Below are positions 47,190 through 56,856 of a stretch of 64,000 nucleotides of DNA, piece by piece. Below the pieces are notes generated by a model. It did no database searches. It saw nothing but the letters and a program-made list of their open reading frames with translations, and was not told where the DNA came from. A program made the translations under genes and the position numbers. Source of the stretch: an uncultured Chloroflexia bacterium (GTDB taxonomy: Bacteria; Chloroflexota; Chloroflexia; Thermomicrobiales; UBA6265). The DNA lies in NCBI GenBank assembly GCA_963724295.1, contig CAVRUC010000004.1:224001-288000 (forward strand), in the 5' to 3' direction. Position 1 is the stretch's first letter; each line of letters begins with the position of its first letter.

Positions 47190-48448
47190 CACGCAACCTG
47201 GATGCTAACGGACGCTGGATCGACTCCCACTGGGTCGAGACCTCCATTCGGGAGCTTTCCCAGTACGGCGCCCACGGCGAAACCGGCGTGGCGCGGCTCG
47301 TCTACAGCCCGGAGTGGGTCGCCGCCCAGGATCAGGTGGCCGCCTGGATGGAAGCGGCGAGTCTGCGTGTCGAGCGGGACGCGGTCGGCAACGTCTGGGG
47401 CTATCTCGATGGCCAGCACCGCGAGCGGCCCATGGTTGCCACCGGCTCCCACATCGACAGTCAAAACCCCGGCGGACGTTTTGACGGCGCCCTCGGCGTC
47501 GTCGCCGGGATCGCCGCGGTAGCGGCATTGCGCGAGCGCCACGGGCAGCCCCAGCAGACGATCGGGGTCGTCTCGCTCGTCGAGGAGGAAGCATCCCGAT
47601 TCCCGACCGCAAACTTCTGGGGGTCGCGGGCGATCGTCGGCCGGATTGCGCCAGAGGAACCGAGACGACTGCGTGGGTACGACGGCGTGACGATAGCCGA
47701 GGCAATGCGCGATGTGGGGCTCGATCCGGCCCTGATCGGGGACGCGCGCCGCGAGGACATCGAGACGTTCATCGAGCTCCACATCGAGCAAGGGCCTCAG
47801 CTCGAGCGAGAGGACATACCGGTCGGCATCGTGGACCGGATCACCGGCTACCGCCAATACCTGGTTACCCTCGAAGGGTCCGCCAACCACGCCGGCACAA
47901 CCCCGATGGATCTGCGACGGGACGCTATGGCCGGCGCGGCCGAGATCATCGGCGGCGTGATCGATACGGCGCATCGCATGGGCCGCCCCTGCGTGACGAC
48001 CGTCGGCCGGGTCAACGTTTCTCCCAACGAGCGGGCCGTTATCCCACGCCTGGTCGCCTTCACGGTTGACGCGCGATCGCCGGACCCGGCGCAACGCGAG
48101 CTCCTCCTTGCCCGCCACGAGGCGCTGATCGATGAGGTCGCGCAGCGGCGCGACCTGTCAGTCACCCTGCGCGTTGACAGCGATCGGACTCCCGTTGCCT
48201 GTGATCCTGATGTGGTAGCGGCAATAGCCGCGGCGGCGGCCGAGGGTGGTGTGCCGGCGATTACGATGACGTCCGGCGCGGTGCACGACACCATGCAGCT
48301 CGCCGAGATCGCGAAGATCGCCATGATCTTCGTCCGCTCCCGAGGCGGCATCAGTCACAGTCCGCAGGAGTTCACCTCGGCAGAGGATGCGGCCGCCGGC
48401 ACCGAGGTGTTGGCGCGTACGCTGCACGCACTGGCCTATCGACCGTGA
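47186..48448 (+). CDS. Zn-dependent allantoate / N-carbamoyl-amino-acid amidohydrolase (M20)
   Basis: GSHIDS..GG.FDG, EEE..RF, ELHIEQG, NHAGTTPM, SGAVHD, GISHSP.E. Confidence 0.92.
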   Translation: MTRNLDANGRWIDSHWVETSIRELSQYGAHGETGVARLVYSPEWVAAQDQVAAWMEAASLRVERDAVGNVWGYLDGQHRERPMVATGSHIDSQNPGGRFDGALGVVAGIAAVAALRERHGQPQQTIGVVSLVEEEASRFPTANFWGSRAIVGRIAPEEPRRLRGYDGVTIAEAMRDVGLDPALIGDARREDIETFIELHIEQGPQLEREDIPVGIVDRITGYRQYLVTLEGSANHAGTTPMDLRRDAMAGAAEIIGGVIDTAHRMGRPCVTTVGRVNVSPNERAVIPRLVAFTVDARSPDPAQRELLLARHEALIDEVAQRRDLSVTLRVDSDRTPVACDPDVVAAIAAAAAEGGVPAITMTSGAVHDTMQLAEIAKIAMIFVRSRGGISHSPQEFTSAEDAAAGTEVLARTLHALAYRP

Positions 48449-49509
48449 GTGGTACGGCGCCCGCGGGCGATCGCGTCGTGGTCATGCTGACATCTCCTCT
48501 GGAACCTGAGCATGTCGAGCGGATCGCGGGAGCGTTCCCGGATCGCCTGGACCTGATCTACCGTCCAGATCTGATGCCGGCGCCGCGCTACGTCGCGGAT
48601 CACGGCGATTCGGCCTGGCGGCGCAATCCCGCGCAGGAGCGGGAATGGCACCGCCTCCTGAATCAGGCGGAGGTTCTCCTCGACTTTCCGCAGAACGAGT
48701 CTCGCCCCCTCCTGGAGCTGACGCCGAATCTGCGCTGGGTGCAGACCACGTCGGCTGGCGTCGGTCCCCTCGTGCAGCGGCTCGGTTTGCAGGATTCCCA
48801 CCTGATCGTCACCACCGCCAGTGGTATCCACGCCCAGCCGCTCGCCGAGTTCGTCTTTGCCGCGCTGCTCTACTACACGAAGGAGATTGGCCGCCTCAAA
48901 GAGGAGCAACGGGCGCACCAGTGGCATCGCTTCGCCGGCATCGAGCTCGCCGGGCAGACGATGGCCATCATCGGACCCGGCCGGATCGGCCGCGAGATCG
49001 CCCGCATCGCCCGTGCGTTCCGCATGCGCGTCGCCGCCCTGGGACGAGACAATGATCCCGCCCGGGCGGGATCGCTCGGCGTCGACCAGCTCTACAGCCG
49101 CGAGCACCTGCACATGATGCTGGCCGAAGCCGACTGTCTGGTCGTCTGTGCGCCACTCACCCCGGAGACCGAAGACCTCCTGGGACCGGCTGAATTTGCC
49201 GCGCTCAAGCCGGGGGCTGTCTTCGTGAACATCGGGCGAGGCGCGATCGTAGACGAGAACGCGCTGCTACGCGGCCTGCGCGAGGGACGAATCGCCTTCG
49301 CCGCGCTCGACGTGTTTCGGGAAGAACCGCTTCCTCCCGAATCGCCGTTCTGGGACCTGCCGAATGTCCTGATCAATCCCCACTCGGCAAGCACCGTAGC
49401 AACGGAAAACGCCAAGATCGCCGAACTGTTCGTGCGAAATCTCGGTCACTACCTCGCCGGTGAGATCGACCAGATGTCTCCCATTCTCGACAAGCATCGG
49501 CTCTATTGA
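48445..49509 (+). CDS. D-isomer-specific 2-hydroxyacid dehydrogenase
   Basis: SAGV, GPGRIG, NIGRG, LDVF.EEP, PHSA. Confidence 0.93.
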   Translation: MSGTAPAGDRVVVMLTSPLEPEHVERIAGAFPDRLDLIYRPDLMPAPRYVADHGDSAWRRNPAQEREWHRLLNQAEVLLDFPQNESRPLLELTPNLRWVQTTSAGVGPLVQRLGLQDSHLIVTTASGIHAQPLAEFVFAALLYYTKEIGRLKEEQRAHQWHRFAGIELAGQTMAIIGPGRIGREIARIARAFRMRVAALGRDNDPARAGSLGVDQLYSREHLHMMLAEADCLVVCAPLTPETEDLLGPAEFAALKPGAVFVNIGRGAIVDENALLRGLREGRIAFAALDVFREEPLPPESPFWDLPNVLINPHSASTVATENAKIAELFVRNLGHYLAGEIDQMSPILDKHRLY

Positions 49510-49539
49510 CGGGTCGCGGTGGTTGTTCGCTGCGCTCAC

Positions 49540-49622
49540 GGTGGCAGGGTGACAGGGAGACCGATGATCCCGCCACCCTGCCACCCAGCGACCCCGCCAC
49601 CCGTCACCCAACACCCATCACC
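49540..49622. repeat. Foldback octamer element plus heptamer array
   Basis: ggtggcag ggtgacag ggagaccg / ccgccacc ctgccacc cagcgacc ccgccacc, then cgtcacc caacacc catcacc. Confidence 0.7.
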
Positions 49623-49754
49623 CCCGTCCCGCGAAGACCGGCATCGCGTCTGCGCCGTAGATACCCATGGCCCTGCAAAATCGGCACCACCCGGGTGCTA
49701 TAGTGGCCGTCCGTACACTGACAACCCGCGCCGCGGGCTGGGAGGAAGTTCGAT

Positions 49755-50417
49755 ATGCGACCATGGCGAGCGCTGGCGATTGCGCCGCTTGCGGCACTAC
49801 TGGTGACCGGGCCTGTCCTTGCCCAGGACAGCACCCCGGAAGCGGACGGCGCCGAAAACCCGCGGCTTGTCGCTCCCTCGGAGTGCGTGGCCGAGCCACG
49901 AGACTTCGACGACATCGCAACAATCCTGAATCTTGATGGCGAGGGGGTGCCCGCGCCGGCAATGACCCAGATCACGCCCCCACTTGGCCAGATCGCCGAC
50001 GTCGCGACCACCATCTCGATCAAAGAAGCCGCTCGCCAAGTTCTGGCCTGCTTCAACGCCGGGGACATCCCGCGGGCGGCGGGGCTCATGACGGAGAGTG
50101 GCGTGCGGCGCGCCTACTGGGGCTTGACTATCGACGCGGAGAACCGCGAGCTGGCTCGCACCCGTATCGCCGCGCCGCCCGAGCCGAGGGCCGAAGACGC
50201 GTTGGTCCGGCTCATCACCGTGACCGATGTCTCGGTGCTTCCGGATGGGCGGATCACCGCCTTCGTTGTCCTCAACGAGCCGCTCCTGCCGCCGCCGGGT
50301 CCGGAGACGTTGCTGTTCGTCTTCGCCAACCAGGACGGACGGTGGCTGGTCGACGATTGGATCGACTTCTCGATCGTTCCGCCCAACTTCGGGGAAGAGG
50401 CCACGCCCACGAGTTAA
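49755..50417 (+). CDS. Secreted hypothetical protein
   Basis: GGAGG RBS, signal peptide ending VLA-QDSTP, two Cys residues. Confidence 0.8.
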   Translation: MRPWRALAIAPLAALLVTGPVLAQDSTPEADGAENPRLVAPSECVAEPRDFDDIATILNLDGEGVPAPAMTQITPPLGQIADVATTISIKEAARQVLACFNAGDIPRAAGLMTESGVRRAYWGLTIDAENRELARTRIAAPPEPRAEDALVRLITVTDVSVLPDGRITAFVVLNEPLLPPPGPETLLFVFANQDGRWLVDDWIDFSIVPPNFGEEATPTS

Positions 50418-50508
50418 GGGGCGCGAAGGATTGAGGTAGTGAGCGCCGCCGGGTCACATTCCTGGCGGCGTTCCTGTGAACATCGCTTGTCGTGAGAGGA
50501 GTGTGATC

Positions 50509-51321
50509 GTGCCGTCGACACGAGTCGGAGATCTCGACGTCGTTTGGGATGTCGCCGGACCGGCCGCCGGCGCACCCGTTGTGATGATCAATGGCCTGGG
50601 CGCGGCGCGGGGAAGCTGGTACCTGCAAGTCCCGGCGCTCGCCGAGCGATACCGGGTCTACACCTACGACAATCGCGACGTCGGTGAGACCGGCTGCGGG
50701 GAAGACACGAGTGGATACGGCATCGATCGGTTCGCGCGCGATGCGGCGGGATTGATCGAATCGCTGGAGACGGGACCGGTCCATGTCATCGGCGCGTCAA
50801 TGGGCGGCGTTATCGCTCAGGAGTTGGCTCTCTCCCGGCCCGACCTGGTGCGCAGCGTCCAGATCGTCTGCTCGTGGCCAGAGACGGACCCCTGGCTCGC
50901 CGAGCTCATTCTGCAGTGGAAGTCGATGTTCTTCGCGATGGGCGCGTTCGACTGGGCAAGAAACACCTGGGTGTGGGTCTTCACCCACCGCTGGTTCCGC
51001 GACCCCGAGAAAATGGCCGGTCTACGCCATGATGCCGAGTCGTATCCCTTTCCGCAGACGGCGGAGATGTTCGGTCGCCAGTGCGACGCCGTCGTGCCAT
51101 TCGACGCGCGCGACCGACTGGGAGCGATCGCCGCACCCACGCACGTCATCGTCGGTGAGGAAGATATCTTCACTCCGCCGCGCTTTTCCCGCGAGATCGC
51201 GGCCGCGATTCCCGGATCGACGCTCTCCATTCTGCCTGAGGTCGGGCACGGGATGTTCTGGGAAACTCCCGAGGCGTTCAACGCCGCTTTGGTTGGATTT
51301 CTCGATCGCTCCGCAACCTGA
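50509..51321 (+). CDS. Alpha/beta hydrolase
   Basis: YDNRDVGET, GASMGG nucleophile elbow, GEED, GHG. Confidence 0.92.
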   Translation: MPSTRVGDLDVVWDVAGPAAGAPVVMINGLGAARGSWYLQVPALAERYRVYTYDNRDVGETGCGEDTSGYGIDRFARDAAGLIESLETGPVHVIGASMGGVIAQELALSRPDLVRSVQIVCSWPETDPWLAELILQWKSMFFAMGAFDWARNTWVWVFTHRWFRDPEKMAGLRHDAESYPFPQTAEMFGRQCDAVVPFDARDRLGAIAAPTHVIVGEEDIFTPPRFSREIAAAIPGSTLSILPEVGHGMFWETPEAFNAALVGFLDRSAT

Positions 51322-51527
51322 ACGAATCACTTCTTCCGAAACGACGCCGCTTTCCGGCGCGTTGCTGGATTTGTCGTTGCCGCGTCCGCCCGGTACCGGT
51401 GTACCGGGGTTGTCCCTTGTGCCGCGATGCGGAGAACGACTATGTTGAGACACCAGCCGATCACCGCGGTCGACAGCGCCTGGCTGACTATTGGCGCGTC
51501 GACCGGGCTCAATCCAGGAGAAATACC

Positions 51528-52135
51528 ATGAAGCGATATCTGGCGTTGTTCGGGGCGGCCGTGCTCGCCGTCTCCTCCTCGCTGGGCTCGATTTCCGCGC
51601 AGACCGGGATCCCGGTCAATGCGGACGGGTCATACGTCGTTGCGAACGACGATGGCCAGTCAAGCGCCTCGGGTGTAGGGCGAAGACATCGACTTCGGCG
51701 ACGTCTCCACGGGTGGCGCTCGTGGAGAAACCCTCGGCGATCCGAATGCGGTCTACTCGCCGATGGTGCCGGACAATCCGGGGCCGGATGGCGGCGTTCC
51801 AATGATGCCCGGCGCCGGCGACGGTCTCATCGGCGGCGTTCCCGTGATGCCCATCCTGGCGCCAGCCAGCCGCCGCATCGACCACGACCGCTCCCGCCGG
51901 CACGGAAGGCACGACCGCGGAGACTGCTCCGGTTGATGCCGCCGCGCCGGTCGACTCCGCCCCTGTCGCCACTGACACCGTGGCGGCTGACGGTGGGTTC
52001 TGCGCACAGTACGGCACCTGGTATGACGCACAGGTCGCTTACGAAAACCTCGGAGCGACGGCGGCGGACCCGGCGCTGGTGCAAGAGGTCGACCCCAACT
52101 ACGATGGGATCGCCTGCGAGGAGATGATGGTCTAA
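51528..52135 (+). CDS. Secreted protein with C-terminal Excalibur-like Ca-binding domain; two +1 frameshifts (near 51679 and 51870)
   Basis: AGGAG RBS and signal peptide MKRYLALFGAAVLAV. The third frame ends FCAQYGTWYDAQVAY...VDPNYDGIACEEMMV*. Confidence 0.75.
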
Positions 52136-52160
52136 CCGGCGGCGTCGCGCTGACTCCCAG

Positions 52161-52197
52161 TCCCCACTCCCGGCGCGCCGGGAGCGGGGATTTTGTT
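52161..52197 (+). terminator. Intrinsic terminator
   Basis: TCCCCACTCCCGG-CGCG-CCGGGAGCGGGGA followed by TTTTGTT. Confidence 0.75.
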
Positions 52198-52288
52198 GTG
52201 CCGGGCTGGACACGCGTTGTCGGCTACGATGCGCGTCATCCAATACGCGGGCCATGCGCCCGATCGATGCACGCGGGAAGGAGTCCTG

Positions 52289-53098
52289 ATGGAGCGCGCG
52301 GTTCTCGGTTCGACGATCGTCTTTGCGCCGTACTCGATTGACCAGGCGCTGGAGGGCCTTGCCGAGGCTGGGTACCACGCCTGCGAGATCGGAGCCGTCA
52401 AGGGATGGTTCGAGCATATCGATCCTGATACGGCGTCTGACCAGGACATCGACCGCATCGCCGGCAAGCTCGCCGATCTTGGTCTGAAGCCGGTCAGCCT
52501 CAGTGGCCATGCACAGCTGCAGACGGATGAGGGCGCGGCCCGGTTCGCGCGGGCGATCGATATCGCCGCCGCGCTCGGAATGGAGGTCGTCAACACCTAC
52601 ACCGGCGATGCCACGACCGACGAGGAGCGGGAGGCGTATTTCGCCAATGTCACCACGCTCTGTGACCAGGCTGCCAGGCATGGGTTGAAGATCGGGATGG
52701 AGACCGACAGCAACATGCTCCCCACTGCCGAGATCGGCGTAGCAATTCTCGACCGCATCAACCGGCCGGACGTCCTCGGCTTCAATTACGACCCGGGCAA
52801 CGTCGTCTACTACGCGGGTGCAGACCCGCTAACGGACGTTCGCTTCGCGCTACCCCGGCTGGTCCACTTCCATTTCAAGGACAAAGTTGGGGGCAAGGGC
52901 GTCTTCAACTTCCCGCCTCCAGGCGACGGCGAGCTCGACATGAAGGGGATGCTGACCATTCTCGACGAGGCTGGTTACACTGGCCCGCTCAGCGCCGAGG
53001 TCGAGTACAATGAGCTTGGCTGGCCGGACTATGACGTCTGCCGCGCGGCGGCGAAACGCTCGGTAGAGAACCTGCGCGATATGGGCCTCAACGTCTGA
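52289..53098 (+). CDS. Sugar phosphate isomerase/epimerase (xylose-isomerase-like TIM barrel)
   Basis: GMET, NYDPGN, HFHFKD, G.GELD, SAE metal motifs. Confidence 0.88.
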   Translation: MERAVLGSTIVFAPYSIDQALEGLAEAGYHACEIGAVKGWFEHIDPDTASDQDIDRIAGKLADLGLKPVSLSGHAQLQTDEGAARFARAIDIAAALGMEVVNTYTGDATTDEEREAYFANVTTLCDQAARHGLKIGMETDSNMLPTAEIGVAILDRINRPDVLGFNYDPGNVVYYAGADPLTDVRFALPRLVHFHFKDKVGGKGVFNFPPPGDGELDMKGMLTILDEAGYTGPLSAEVEYNELGWPDYDVCRAAAKRSVENLRDMGLNV

Positions 53099-53104
53099 CC
53101 GCTG

Positions 53105-53770
53105 TCATCTCGAACCGGTGCGCGCCTCGTCCACCAACCAGCGTAGCCGCTCCAATGTCAGTGGCCCTAGCTGGAATCCATCCACAATGCCGTCCGGACT
53201 AATCACCACCGTCGACGGGTAGGCACTGGGAACGCCAAATGCCGCCTCGATAGGCCCGATGCCGGGTTGATCGGTATTCGTATCCCGGCCGATCGGATAG
53301 GTGAAACCTCCGGCTTCGACAAAATCGCGCGCATTCTTGTCGACGTCGGTGCGGATGCCGACTCCGACGATGGTGGTTTGTTCCCCGGCGAGCCGCGCCG
53401 CATCCCAATAGGCTTGCAGCTCCGGCATCTCGGATCGGCACGGTTCGCACCACGACGCCCAGAAATTGACGACCACCACGCGGCCGTGCAGGTCGGCCAG
53501 CCGTAGCGGGCTGCCGTCGAGGAGCGTCAGGGTAACGTCCGGCGCTGGCTCACCCGCCATCTGTCCGAGTGACGCCGTTCCGGGCGCGGCGTCGCGCTGG
53601 GTCCACCAGATCCCGGCGACGACGAGCGCCAGCAACAACCCCAGCGCCAGCGGAGAGTAGCGGCCGATCCGGCCATAACCGACGCGACCGTGATCGCTCG
53701 CGGCGTCATCCGGGTCGTCTGCTAGCGCGGGTGCCTCATGATGGATTCGCGGTTCGGGTGCAGGGATCAT
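53105..53770 (-). CDS. TlpA/ResA thiol-disulfide oxidoreductase
   Basis: TM anchor, [15 protein letters not shown]. Confidence 0.93.
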   Translation of the reverse strand: MIPAPEPRIHHEAPALADDPDDAASDHGRVGYGRIGRYSPLALGLLLALVVAGIWWTQRDAAPGTASLGQMAGEPAPDVTLTLLDGSPLRLADLHGRVVVVNFWASWCEPCRSEMPELQAYWDAARLAGEQTTIVGVGIRTDVDKNARDFVEAGGFTYPIGRDTNTDQPGIGPIEAAFGVPSAYPSTVVISPDGIVDGFQLGPLTLERLRWLVDEARTGSR

Positions 53771-53779
53771 CGGCGCCGG

Positions 53780-54298
53780 TCAGGGAAGCGTCGCAACCGC
53801 GGCTTCCACCTTTTGCCATGTCTCCGGACTCCCACCGACGAGGAGGACGATCACATTACTCCCTTGCGTCATGCGGGGTTCGCCGTCTGGCGTAGGGGTG
53901 CCCGCCAGCCGATCCGGGACCACGTCGGCCGCATTGACGCCTTCGGCATCGGCGCGCGCCGTTTCAGCATCCGGGTAGAGAAAGATGAACCCCGGCATGC
54001 CATCGATCTCGATTCCCTGCCCTGGCACGTCGAGCTCGCCACGAGGGATGAAGAGACGGGGCGGCTGTTGAACGTCGAGACCCTGGCTCCGCAGCGCGTC
54101 CGTAACGTTGACCAGTTCATTCCCGCCTGGCGTCGCGACCGGTACCGGCGCAATGCCTCCCCCGGGGTTTCTGAAGTAGAGGATGAGGGCGAGCACGCCA
54201 AACACCACCGCGGCCAGTGCGAACAGGTTGCTCGCCGTGTTGCTTCGCCGCCTGCCCGCGCTCGTTCCGGCATTGTCAGGAGTCACGTCATCGTCCAT
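53780..54298 (-). CDS. Hypothetical membrane-anchored protein
   Basis: TM NLFALAAVVFGVLALILYF. Co-oriented with the TlpA gene. Confidence 0.7.
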   Translation of the reverse strand: MDDDVTPDNAGTSAGRRRSNTASNLFALAAVVFGVLALILYFRNPGGGIAPVPVATPGGNELVNVTDALRSQGLDVQQPPRLFIPRGELDVPGQGIEIDGMPGFIFLYPDAETARADAEGVNAADVVPDRLAGTPTPDGEPRMTQGSNVIVLLVGGSPETWQKVEAAVATLP

Positions 54299-54389
54299 CT
54301 CGTGATGGTACGCGGCGCGGGTGCGCCGCGAACAGTCGTTGCCGCCGGCCCACACGTCGCCACCGCAATGCGGCGAACAGCCTGGAAGC

Positions 54390-56609
54390 TCAATCGCCGT
54401 CTGGCGGCGAGTCCTTGCCGACCGGCGAGGTCGATGCGGTGGTGAGCGCCGTGCCATCGTCGGACACCGCTGCCCACCGCGGTGCGTGGCCCGCCGCGCG
54501 AAGCGTGCCGATCAGCGCGTCTTCCCCCTGATCCACGTCTGCCGCCCCGGAGGTCAGGGAAACCAGGACAGCCAATTCACCAAGTGGTTCCGCTGTCCAG
54601 CCCGCTTCAGCCAATACCTGAATCAGGGCCGGGCGTTCCGCCGCATCGTCGGGCCGCAGGATGATCGCGCGACGCATCCCCACCCGGTGGAAGCCGCGAG
54701 CCCAGGTCGTGAGATTGGCGGCGAGCACTTTCGGCAGCGGTTGTCGACTCCCCCGCTCCAGGAACCTCACGATCTGGTCGAGCTCGACGCCGGCGGAAAG
54801 GGCCGCTGCGAGCGATCCCGGAGTGAGCCGGTAATGACTCTGCTGGCCGAGATCGACGAGCTCGGAAAAGGCAGTGAGCGCCCACACCCGGTCGGGCGAC
54901 GGCGATTGCAGCGTGATCTCGCCGGAGGGATCGACGACAAGCGGGGCCAACGAGGCGCCCGCATCGTCCTCCGCTGGCTCTGGTTGCCGCCTGGCCAGGG
55001 CGGCGCCGGTTTCGGTCAGGCGGATCGCGCGCGCTTGGCCAGGGCGATCGACCGTTTCCGCGAGGGCGAACCAGACAAACGGACCGCTAAGCTCGAGCGC
55101 GATCACGTCGCTCAGAGCCGCGGCGCGCGCTTCCTCTTCATCAACACCCACTCCCGCCTCGCCACCCAGCCGCGCCGTTGCCGCCGTGAATGAGGGCCCG
55201 AGCAGTCTCGGGTAGCGGGCGGCAAGACGCAACGCGACGCTCTCCAGCGTCGCCCATCGTGGGGGGAGCATGCCGAATTCCGGGTCGGCCAGTGCCGCCA
55301 GCAGACGGGGTCGCATCCCGCGCCAGTCCGCGCCCCAAACGTCGACGACGCCTGCCGGCTCGCCTTCAACCCAGCGCGGCAGTCGCAGCCAGCGTTCACG
55401 AAGCCTGGTCGTCTGCGCCCCGAACGCGCTGCCACGCCAACCCCGGGCATGCGGCCCGGCGACGATGCGCCGCGGCCGCGCATCCTCGTCGATCGCCAGG
55501 ATCCCTTCTGCCAGAGCCAGCGCCTGCAACAGCTCGAGGTAGCCAACAGGTGGGCCATCTTTGCCGCCGAACCAGAGGCGCGGCGCCGCTGCTCGCAGGA
55601 GCCAGCGTGGTGGCGACTCCGAGGCTTCCCACACCGGCGTCTGCGGGGTCGAGATGATGCGCAACAAGGTCAGGAGATCCCAGGCCACGGCATCGGGATG
55701 ACGCCAGGATGGCGCTAGCCCCGGTTCGAGCTCAATGGCGATGAGCTCGGGGAGAACCGAAGCTTGACTCTCGCCTGGGCTACGAATTTCCGCCGGGATA
55801 AACAACCACCGTGTCCCGTCGCTCTTGTAGGCATGCCAGACCAGCAATGCACCTTCGAGCTCGGCCAGCGCGGCACGCAACCGGGCGACAGTGACCGTGT
55901 CCGACCCACCGAGCCCCGCACCCGCCGCCACGTCGGCCAGGAGCGCCGGTCCGGGCGCGGCACTGACGATGTTCCAAACCGCCACGGCGTCGCGACCGCG
56001 GCCGCGCACGACACGCGCCACCCTGGCGGGATCGTTGATCAGTCGTAATAGCCGAACCGCCAGATCGCGCCGCCGGGCCACTCCCGGCACTGTACGCAAT
56101 CCCCAGATCTTGGCGGCCGCTTCGAGCTCTGCGTCGTCCAGCAGCTCGAGCAGGACCCGCAGCGGAGACTGGGCGAGATTGCCGGCCGCCATCTCGTCCT
56201 GGATGCGGCGCACTTGCAGTGCCAGCTCTCGCGGTAGCAGGAGACGCGGTACGGCGCCGATCGGTAACGGCTCGTCGTCGCCTTCACGGAAGAGAATGCC
56301 GATCCGGTAGAGACGCAACGCCGTCTCGCGCGCATCGGTCGCGGCGACCTCGAGACGGGCGGCCAGCTCGTCCACGGTAGGCGCCACTGCCGCGTCTGAC
56401 GCGTCGGTCAGGGCGTCGACCATCGCCCGCTGCGCGGGGTCGAGCCGTTCCCAGACGTCGCGCATCGTGCGCGGGTCGGTCATGGCGCGATAGAGCGCCC
56501 CTACGACCTCGCTCTTGCTTTCGACAAAGAGCGGAACGCTCCACGCCTCGGCAATGCGAAGCAGCTCGGGTAACCGCCGGGCGTGCAGTCGACCAAGAAG
56601 GTTGCGCAT
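54390..56609 (-). CDS. XPB-associated 'helicase C-terminal domain' protein (no ATPase motifs)
   Basis: C-terminal LVVDPSGEI..., YRLTPGSL..AL..G, FLE..SRQPLP..L...W. No Walker A. Confidence 0.75.
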   Translation of the reverse strand: MRNLLGRLHARRLPELLRIAEAWSVPLFVESKSEVVGALYRAMTDPRTMRDVWERLDPAQRAMVDALTDASDAAVAPTVDELAARLEVAATDARETALRLYRIGILFREGDDEPLPIGAVPRLLLPRELALQVRRIQDEMAAGNLAQSPLRVLLELLDDAELEAAAKIWGLRTVPGVARRRDLAVRLLRLINDPARVARVVRGRGRDAVAVWNIVSAAPGPALLADVAAGAGLGGSDTVTVARLRAALAELEGALLVWHAYKSDGTRWLFIPAEIRSPGESQASVLPELIAIELEPGLAPSWRHPDAVAWDLLTLLRIISTPQTPVWEASESPPRWLLRAAAPRLWFGGKDGPPVGYLELLQALALAEGILAIDEDARPRRIVAGPHARGWRGSAFGAQTTRLRERWLRLPRWVEGEPAGVVDVWGADWRGMRPRLLAALADPEFGMLPPRWATLESVALRLAARYPRLLGPSFTAATARLGGEAGVGVDEEEARAAALSDVIALELSGPFVWFALAETVDRPGQARAIRLTETGAALARRQPEPAEDDAGASLAPLVVDPSGEITLQSPSPDRVWALTAFSELVDLGQQSHYRLTPGSLAAALSAGVELDQIVRFLERGSRQPLPKVLAANLTTWARGFHRVGMRRAIILRPDDAAERPALIQVLAEAGWTAEPLGELAVLVSLTSGAADVDQGEDALIGTLRAAGHAPRWAAVSDDGTALTTASTSPVGKDSPPDGD

Positions 56610-56687
56610 AGGCGATCCGGACGGGCGGGTCTTGGCGCAAGTCCGCGGACGGGACCTGCCCAGAGTATATCGGGCCTGCGGTCTGAC

Positions 56688-56790
56688 AGGTCGGAGGTCA
56701 GAAGTCGGAAGTCGGAGGATCGTTTCGTAGGCTATCGGCTCTTGGCTATTCTCGTACTGACCGACTAACCGACTGACCGACTGACCGACT
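56688..56790. repeat. Three adjacent short tandem arrays between divergent genes
   Basis: aggtcgg aggtcag aagtcgg aagtcgg; ggctatc ggctctt ggctatt; (t)gaccgac x4. Confidence 0.85.
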
Positions 56791-56856
56791 CCCGTCCCTC
56801 ACCGTGCTATACAGCGTCGCGTCGTAATGCGATGTCATCCAACGGAGGACGGAACG

